Shown in pieces: positions 1 to 4,768 of a DNA stretch of 13,747 nt (position 1 is its first letter; each line of letters opens with the position of its first letter). Below the pieces are notes generated by a model. It had not been told where the DNA came from. It did not search any database and saw only the letters and a list, made by a program, of their open reading frames with translations. The position numbers and the translations under genes were made by a program. The DNA comes from Promethearchaeota archaeon (GTDB taxonomy: Archaea; Asgardarchaeota; Lokiarchaeia; Sigyniarchaeales; SOKP01): assembly GCA_004524535.1 (NCBI GenBank), contig SDNY01000098.1, positions 1-13,747 on the forward strand, given 5' to 3'.

Positions 1-420
1 AGTTTTTATTAAAACAGACTTTTGTTGACCATCTGTAAAATATGTAAATGACTCATATTTTTCTCCAAGGAAGTAAGTGATATTATCGTTATCCTTAACT
101 TTTACGTAAAAAAATTGGTCTAAAGCAACTCTGTCAATAATAAAAGGTTGCTCATTTCCGGATAACTTTATAAATTTTCCGGAGGGTGCTACAATCTTCG
201 CAACTTTAACACGATTTAATATAATATTTTTAGGTAGATTGATTAATTTACTTAATTTCTGAGAAACAATTCCCGCACATTGAAATGGAATCCCAATCTC
301 TTTATGCTCCTCAATAATGGCTATTTTTAAGTTAGTTTTTGATAATAAGTATGTAAGATAATTTCCGGAGATACTCGCTCCAACTACCGCCACATCAAAT
401 TTCTCAATATTCTGATCCAT
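1..420 (-). CDS. Geranylgeranyl reductase family FAD-dependent oxidoreductase (digeranylgeranylglycerophospholipid reductase-like); partial, 3' end lies beyond the window edge
   Basis: Not in the ORF track; translated by hand from the ATG at 420, open for 140 codons to position 1: MDQNIEKFDVAVVGASISGNYLTYLLSKTNLKIAIIEEHKEIGIPFQCAGIVSQKL...PFIIDRVALDQFF. It has a Rossmann FAD-binding start (DVAVVGxxxxG), the GGR-family E-x4-G-x-P-x-x-C-A-G motif and the 'IIDRxxLD' motif. Confidence 0.88.
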   Translation of the reverse strand, partial: MDQNIEKFDVAVVGASISGNYLTYLLSKTNLKIAIIEEHKEIGIPFQCAGIVSQKLSKLINLPKNIILNRVKVAKIVAPSGKFIKLSGNEQPFIIDRVALDQFFYVKVKDNDNITYFLGEKYESFTYFTDGQQKSVLIKT

Positions 421-499
421 TAAAAGATATAAGTATTATAGAATTTAGAATTTTTTGAATAAAAAAATTTAAAGATAGATTAATACATATTAGAAAAAA

Positions 500-751
500 C
501 TAAAGGATAAGTATAATAATAGCAAGAGAAATTAAAAGAAAGATTAATAAGGGATTTTTCAGGAAAGACATCATTATTTTTTTAAAGGAAAAATCATCTA
601 CATAAGAGTCTTCCCTTAAAGAAGATTTTGACACTGTTGAATATGGATCGTAATATTTAAATCCGCATCTAGGGCATATAGCCACATCGATGGCGAGAGG
701 TTCGCCACATCGTGGACAGCAATTAAGTCCACCTGGACCACCATAGGACAT
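500..751 (-). CDS. Small zinc-ribbon protein with a C-terminal transmembrane anchor (about 83 aa)
   Basis: Two CPRCG knuckles (CCPRCGEPLAIDVAICPRCG) and a hydrophobic C-terminus (PLLIFLLISLAIIILIL). The ORF track starts at GTG 763, but that GTG lies inside a GAGGTGA Shine-Dalgarno-like motif 8 nt upstream of ATG 751, so 751 is preferred. Confidence 0.8.
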   Translation of the reverse strand: MSYGGPGGLNCCPRCGEPLAIDVAICPRCGFKYYDPYSTVSKSSLREDSYVDDFSFKKIMMSFLKNPLLIFLLISLAIIILIL

Positions 752-759
752 TTTAATAT

Positions 760-766
760 TCACCTC
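760..766 (-). promoter_or_regulatory. Shine-Dalgarno-like ribosome binding site overlapping the upstream stop codon
   Basis: Minus strand reads ATG AGG TGA ATATTAAA ATG. GAGGTGA matches the archaeal GGAGGTGA consensus and contains the TGA stop of 760..1374. Confidence 0.6.
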
Positions 767-1374
767 ATTTGACTAATTTTCTCAGATTTACCAATAAATT
801 TATATTTATAATAATAAAAAGGCTTATCTAGAAATTCTGCTATTATTCGACCAAGTTTCCTACAATCTTCTATTGATCCAGAGAAAATATCTCTTTTCTT
901 CGAATTCTGTAAGATAAAAAATAGATAAAAACCGCACTCATTATCCTGATAAATTATTTCTTCAATTTTTTGAAAATCTATTATTTCTAATTGTCTAAAT
1001 CTAGGAGTTGTTTGATTAAAGATTAGAGTTTTTGAAAATTTATCTAAAATTAATTCTTTTTTTCGTCTAAAAGTGCCTAGAAATAAGGATATCGGCAATA
1101 ACAAAATAATTAAAATTAATAAATAAGTAGTAAAAATACTAGTTATTCCAAAAAACATTGAAATACCTCTCTCTATATATATTAATATTAACAAAAAAAT
1201 CAAAAACGGATTAAAACATAATATGATTCTCAAGATAGCGAATATAGCATAAAGCCAATAGTTAAATCTAATTATTAACTTATTCTTACTCTTTAAAATC
1301 GAATAATATTTATTTATGATTTCCTCACCTTCTAATTGGTTTATTTCTTCCTCATCCAAATTAAATTCGTTCAT
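760..1374 (-). CDS. Membrane protein: two TM helices + C-terminal PH-like beta domain; function unknown
   Basis: 204-aa ORF with two long hydrophobic segments (about aa 39-67 and 73-100), a basic RRKK stretch, then a beta-rich region and a terminal helix (CRKLGRIIAEFLDKPF). Aligns by eye with the C-terminal half of 1997..2758. Confidence 0.78.
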   Translation of the reverse strand: MNEFNLDEEEINQLEGEEIINKYYSILKSKNKLIIRFNYWLYAIFAILRIILCFNPFLIFLLILIYIERGISMFFGITSIFTTYLLILIILLLPISLFLGTFRRKKELILDKFSKTLIFNQTTPRFRQLEIIDFQKIEEIIYQDNECGFYLFFILQNSKKRDIFSGSIEDCRKLGRIIAEFLDKPFYYYKYKFIGKSEKISQMR

Positions 1375-1390
1375 TTGCCTCTACTTCATT

Positions 1391-1927
1391 TTAACAACTT
1401 ATAATAATTTCTTGTTTTAATTTAGTTTTTATAAATGGAATGTTATATTTTCTGCAATAATATATTAAAAACTTAAGAAATTCCTCTATTTTGGGGAATT
1501 CATTCTTTTCAGTAATGGTTATTTTAATCTTTTTTTTGTTCAATAAATGAAAAGTTATAGTTTTCCACTCAACTGGTTCGGTATAAATATAATTTATTTT
1601 TTTAAGTTCTTTTGCTGTTGTCATTATCTTTAATTTATTATCTTCGAATTTTCTTATATCGGCACCTTCAATTTCGAATCTAATTTCTTTTCTTCCTTGA
1701 ATTATATTGGAAACTCCCACAAAAATAACAGCTGATTCTGATAAAATAAATAATATAAGAAAAAGCAAAACCTCGATAATAAAAGGTAGTGAAAACATAG
1801 GTATTATTCCACTATATATTAAATACAACATCGGACATATTAAAATAATTTTGATAAGTCCTATTTTTATTAAATCCTTATGTTGATAAGACAAATCATA
1901 TTTCATTACAGGGTTTATATCGAACAT
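1391..1927 (-). CDS. Membrane protein: two TM helices + C-terminal soluble (probably PH-like) domain; function unknown
   Basis: 178-aa ORF with an N-terminal hydrophobic hairpin (about aa 19-76), then beta-strand patterning and a terminal helix (EEFLKFLIYYCRKYNIPF). Co-directional with its neighbours, gaps 16 and 69 bp. Confidence 0.72.
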   Translation of the reverse strand: MFDINPVMKYDLSYQHKDLIKIGLIKIILICPMLYLIYSGIIPMFSLPFIIEVLLFLILFILSESAVIFVGVSNIIQGRKEIRFEIEGADIRKFEDNKLKIMTTAKELKKINYIYTEPVEWKTITFHLLNKKKIKITITEKNEFPKIEEFLKFLIYYCRKYNIPFIKTKLKQEIIISC

Positions 1928-1996
1928 TTCATTTTTTACATGATTTTTTTTTTAATTTAGTTTATTCTCTATCAAATTTCTCGACTAATAATTCTC

Positions 1997-2758
1997 TTAT
2001 TCATTAGGAAACTTAAATCCTAAAAAATCTGAAATTTTATTATATATATCAATGCACTTTTCTTCATCCCCTTCAAACACAGTAATCTTTACTCCATTTA
2101 TATCAGTAAATCTCAAAGTGTAACAAGAAGACATAGGATCAGAATAGATATATTCGAATAACTTAATTTCCGAGAAAATTATTTTTTTTAAAATCTTATA
2201 CCTTGGCATTAATTTCTTAAATAGAATTATCTCTGAATCTTTATTGATAAGACATACGGTTTTTCGATTTCTATAGTGTAGATATGCTATAATAAAAGGA
2301 ATATTGAAGGGTATAATAAAAATTAATATAATTGCTATTAAAGGGGAATAATCCCTTATTTCCATATATTTTAAAACTTGTAGGAGGATTTCAAGAAAAA
2401 ATATTGGAACAGTTACTAAAATCATTATTATAATTCCCGCTAAAGATCCTATTTTATGATAAAAATATTCTTCTGTTATTCTAAATTCGTTTTTTTCTTT
2501 TATCATAATACAACTTCTATTAATTATTTCTATCTCAAGATCATTTCTTTTAATTGTTTTCTCGATATCTCTTAATTCCAAGTTTATATGAAATCTAAAT
2601 ACTGAGATTATTGTCAAAATCAAGCCAGAGAACCATATTAAAAAAAAAAAAGCAACAATTGTGCCCCCTTCGATGAACGCAAAGAAAAAAATTAATAGAA
2701 GAGGTATAAACATCGCAAGCCAAATATTAGAATTCTCCCATTCGTTTAGCTTTTTCAT
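1997..2758 (-). CDS. Membrane protein: four TM helices + C-terminal PH-like domain; paralog of 760..1374
   Basis: 253-aa ORF with two TM hairpins. The C-terminal domain LINKDSEIILFKKLMPRYK...VFEGDEEKCIDIYNKISDFLGFKF matches the 204-aa ORF. Confidence 0.8.
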   Translation of the reverse strand: MKKLNEWENSNIWLAMFIPLLLIFFFAFIEGGTIVAFFFLIWFSGLILTIISVFRFHINLELRDIEKTIKRNDLEIEIINRSCIMIKEKNEFRITEEYFYHKIGSLAGIIIMILVTVPIFFLEILLQVLKYMEIRDYSPLIAIILIFIIPFNIPFIIAYLHYRNRKTVCLINKDSEIILFKKLMPRYKILKKIIFSEIKLFEYIYSDPMSSCYTLRFTDINGVKITVFEGDEEKCIDIYNKISDFLGFKFPNE

Positions 2759-2897
2759 AATTTTTATTTTCCAATAGATTTTTTTAATTAATTATTAAGA
2801 TTATGTCATCCATATTATGATAAATAACATTAGTATTTAAATATTGTGACATATATTATTAATATAATTACATTAAAAATTTAAATTGTTATGAATA
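2759..2897. promoter_or_regulatory. Divergent promoter region with a palindromic TATA-like box and candidate operator half-sites
   Basis: 139-bp AT-rich gap between divergent genes. Perfect palindrome TATTTAAATA at 2834-2843; inverted pair TATGTCA (2802-2808) / TGACATA (2847-2853). Confidence 0.45.
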
Positions 2898-3482
2898 ATG
2901 ATTAATATTATGACAAAGCGCGAAAAAAGTCATAAAAAATCAGTCCATGCTACAATCTCAGATGAATCCTTTGATATTTTAGAAGAATATGAAGTTGAAT
3001 ATGGTTCGAAATCAGGTGTAGTAGACGAAGCCATTAAGACATTAAAAAGATTCAAAGAACCATATTTAGGAACCATAGAGGAAATGTGGTGTAGAGCGAG
3101 AGATGAATTGAACATGGTTTTGGTTGGAAAAACTACTTTTCTTTCCTATATTAAAGGCAAAAAAGAAGAGGTATTCTCTAAAAACATCGCAGTTGAAGTC
3201 ATTGAATGGTATAATGGTAAAAGAATAGATGAGATGAATCTCGAAGATTTTTTAAATGGATTAAAGGGAATGTGGAAAGTCGCTAACTATTTTTATAATA
3301 TAGAGTTAGAAAAAAACGAAAAGGGAATCTTTCAGATAAAATTTAATCACGATTTAACAAAAAGTTTTAGTATTTTTTGGGCTGAATACTTTGAAACGAT
3401 ATTGAGAGATAATTGGAATTGTAAGGTAAATCCGTTTATAAGAAATGAATCTTTTTATTTGATAATTGAAGAGATTCTATGA
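2898..3482 (+). CDS. Putative transcription regulator: N-terminal ribbon-helix-helix + C-terminal V4R/H-NOX-like domain
   Basis: N-terminus KSVHATISDESFDILEEYEVEYGSKSGVVDEAIKTL fits the RHH beta-alpha-alpha pattern. The C-terminal alpha/beta region (…FQIKFNHDLTKSFSIFWAEYFETIL…) resembles archaeal V4R-like folds (inference). Alternative start ATG 2910. Confidence 0.7.
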   Translation: MINIMTKREKSHKKSVHATISDESFDILEEYEVEYGSKSGVVDEAIKTLKRFKEPYLGTIEEMWCRARDELNMVLVGKTTFLSYIKGKKEEVFSKNIAVEVIEWYNGKRIDEMNLEDFLNGLKGMWKVANYFYNIELEKNEKGIFQIKFNHDLTKSFSIFWAEYFETILRDNWNCKVNPFIRNESFYLIIEEIL

Positions 3483-3617
3483 TTTTGGTGGTCTTGTAAT
3501 GAAGAAAGATAAGAGTAAATATTCGCACCTATGATACAAACATCAAAATTGCTAATTTTTCGTTCCATTACGAAAGGTTAAAGATACTAGAAATTAGAAG
3601 TTTTTGAATTAATTATG

Positions 3618-4619
3618 TTAATTAATTTTTCTATATCCTAAATCAAGCAACATACCATAGACAATAGCTAAAACAATATTTTTAAGAACGGGATGATCTC
3701 CACCCATTAAATCCGTCCTTGGAGATAAAAAGGGTAGAATTTTATTAACTACATACCTTGTTTCAGGTTTTTCTTCATAAAATTCGATTATTTTAGCTCT
3801 GTATTCTTTCATAAAAGATTCATGTTCTAATATAATTTCACGCACATTGTCTTTTCCGTTGACAATACCAAAATGACCAAAGCCAGCCTTTAAAGGACTT
3901 AAGTTTTTCAATTTTTCAAGAGTTTCCATATATTCTTTATATTTAAAATAGACTGGCATTGATGTAGGCATCGTTAATAATTTAGTAGAGTGGTATAATG
4001 TCCCTACAGCTTCTCCGAAAAAAATAAAATCAATTTCACCATCTTTCTCGAATAATATCGATTCATGATCATTTGTATGTCCTGGTGTATTTAATATAGA
4101 TAATTTTATTTCTTCTCCAATCAATTCAAAAGTATCGAAAGATTCAATAGAATTCGGATTCACACCAAAATCTATAGCTGGTTCAATAATTTTAAACGCA
4201 TTTTCTTCTATGGGTTTCATTTCACCAATAAAATTTCCAAAGGTGCTTTTTGCTCGATTTAGATGATATTCGTAATTGTTTAACAACTCCTTAGTCTTTT
4301 GATTTGTAAGAATTTTCACACTAGGATTATGTTTTTTTATAATTTCGTAAAGTTTCCACATCCCGCCGTTGTGATCGAAGTGATGATGTGTTGTTATAAG
4401 ATATTTAAAGGAGGATAAAGGAATTTGATTTTTTTTAGCATATCTTATGAGCCTATTAACCTCAAGAGATGAACCACAGTCAAGAATTATAGAACAATCA
4501 TCATCAAATTCTCCTATAAATGAGGAAAGAATTCTTCTTGTACCAAATTCTTTTAAGTCAATGTGATGAAGATAATCATTAATTTTCCCCGACTCTATTG
4601 TTATTAACTTATGTCCCAT
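3618..4619 (-). CDS. MBL-fold metallo-hydrolase (glyoxalase II-like / metallo-beta-lactamase superfamily)
   Basis: Motifs IILDCG, THHHFDHNGG (HxHxDH, 4371-4388), TPGHTNDH, FFGEAVG and GFGHFG, in canonical order. Confidence 0.92.
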   Translation of the reverse strand: MGHKLITIESGKINDYLHHIDLKEFGTRRILSSFIGEFDDDCSIILDCGSSLEVNRLIRYAKKNQIPLSSFKYLITTHHHFDHNGGMWKLYEIIKKHNPSVKILTNQKTKELLNNYEYHLNRAKSTFGNFIGEMKPIEENAFKIIEPAIDFGVNPNSIESFDTFELIGEEIKLSILNTPGHTNDHESILFEKDGEIDFIFFGEAVGTLYHSTKLLTMPTSMPVYFKYKEYMETLEKLKNLSPLKAGFGHFGIVNGKDNVREIILEHESFMKEYRAKIIEFYEEKPETRYVVNKILPFLSPRTDLMGGDHPVLKNIVLAIVYGMLLDLGYRKIN

Positions 4620-4712
4620 ACAAAAAGAAATAATTAAAAAAGAAATAATAAATGTTTTATTTTAAAATTAAAGTGAAGTATATTTATTTTAGGTCTCAAG
4701 GAAAAATTTCAG

Positions 4713-4726
4713 AAAAAAAAATAAAA
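4713..4726 (-). terminator. Candidate archaeal oligo-T terminator for the 7231..8511 / 4769..7195 unit
   Basis: Minus-strand TTTTATTTTTTTTT about 45 nt after the stop at 4769. Weak evidence in such an AT-rich background. Confidence 0.3.
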
Positions 4727-4768
4727 CATAATAAAAAGATAGAAGATGAGAGGTTTTTCTTTTAATGC

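Noticed and set aside
752-763. GTG start at 763 for the zinc-ribbon ORF
   Set aside because: The GTG is part of the GAGGTGA SD-like motif; ATG 751 is at suitable spacing from it.
1928-1975. In-frame upstream TTG with a single TAA beside an A10 run, suggesting a longer ancestral N-terminus for 1391..1927
   Set aside because: Only 16 low-complexity codons with no homology evidence; expected by chance in AT-rich DNA.
760-2758. Horizontally acquired island, suggested by locally lower GC
   Set aside because: No integrase, transposase, tRNA or flanking repeats were seen, and Ile/Phe/Leu/Lys-rich membrane proteins explain the AT richness.
2930-3115. 61-aa minus-strand ORF
   Set aside because: Antisense shadow inside the RHH regulator gene, with no motifs.
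3480-3540. Possible Sec read-through of the TGA at 3480-3482 with a SECIS-like ATGA…AAA…TGA downstream; also an 11-codon ORF at 3499-3534
   Set aside because: The required stem between the ATGA and GA elements does not base-pair, read-through adds only a few residues, and the mini-ORF has no support.
3558-3575. Hairpin TTTCGT-N6-ACGAAA between convergent genes
   Set aside because: A 6-bp AT-rich stem is too weak to call a terminator or ncRNA.
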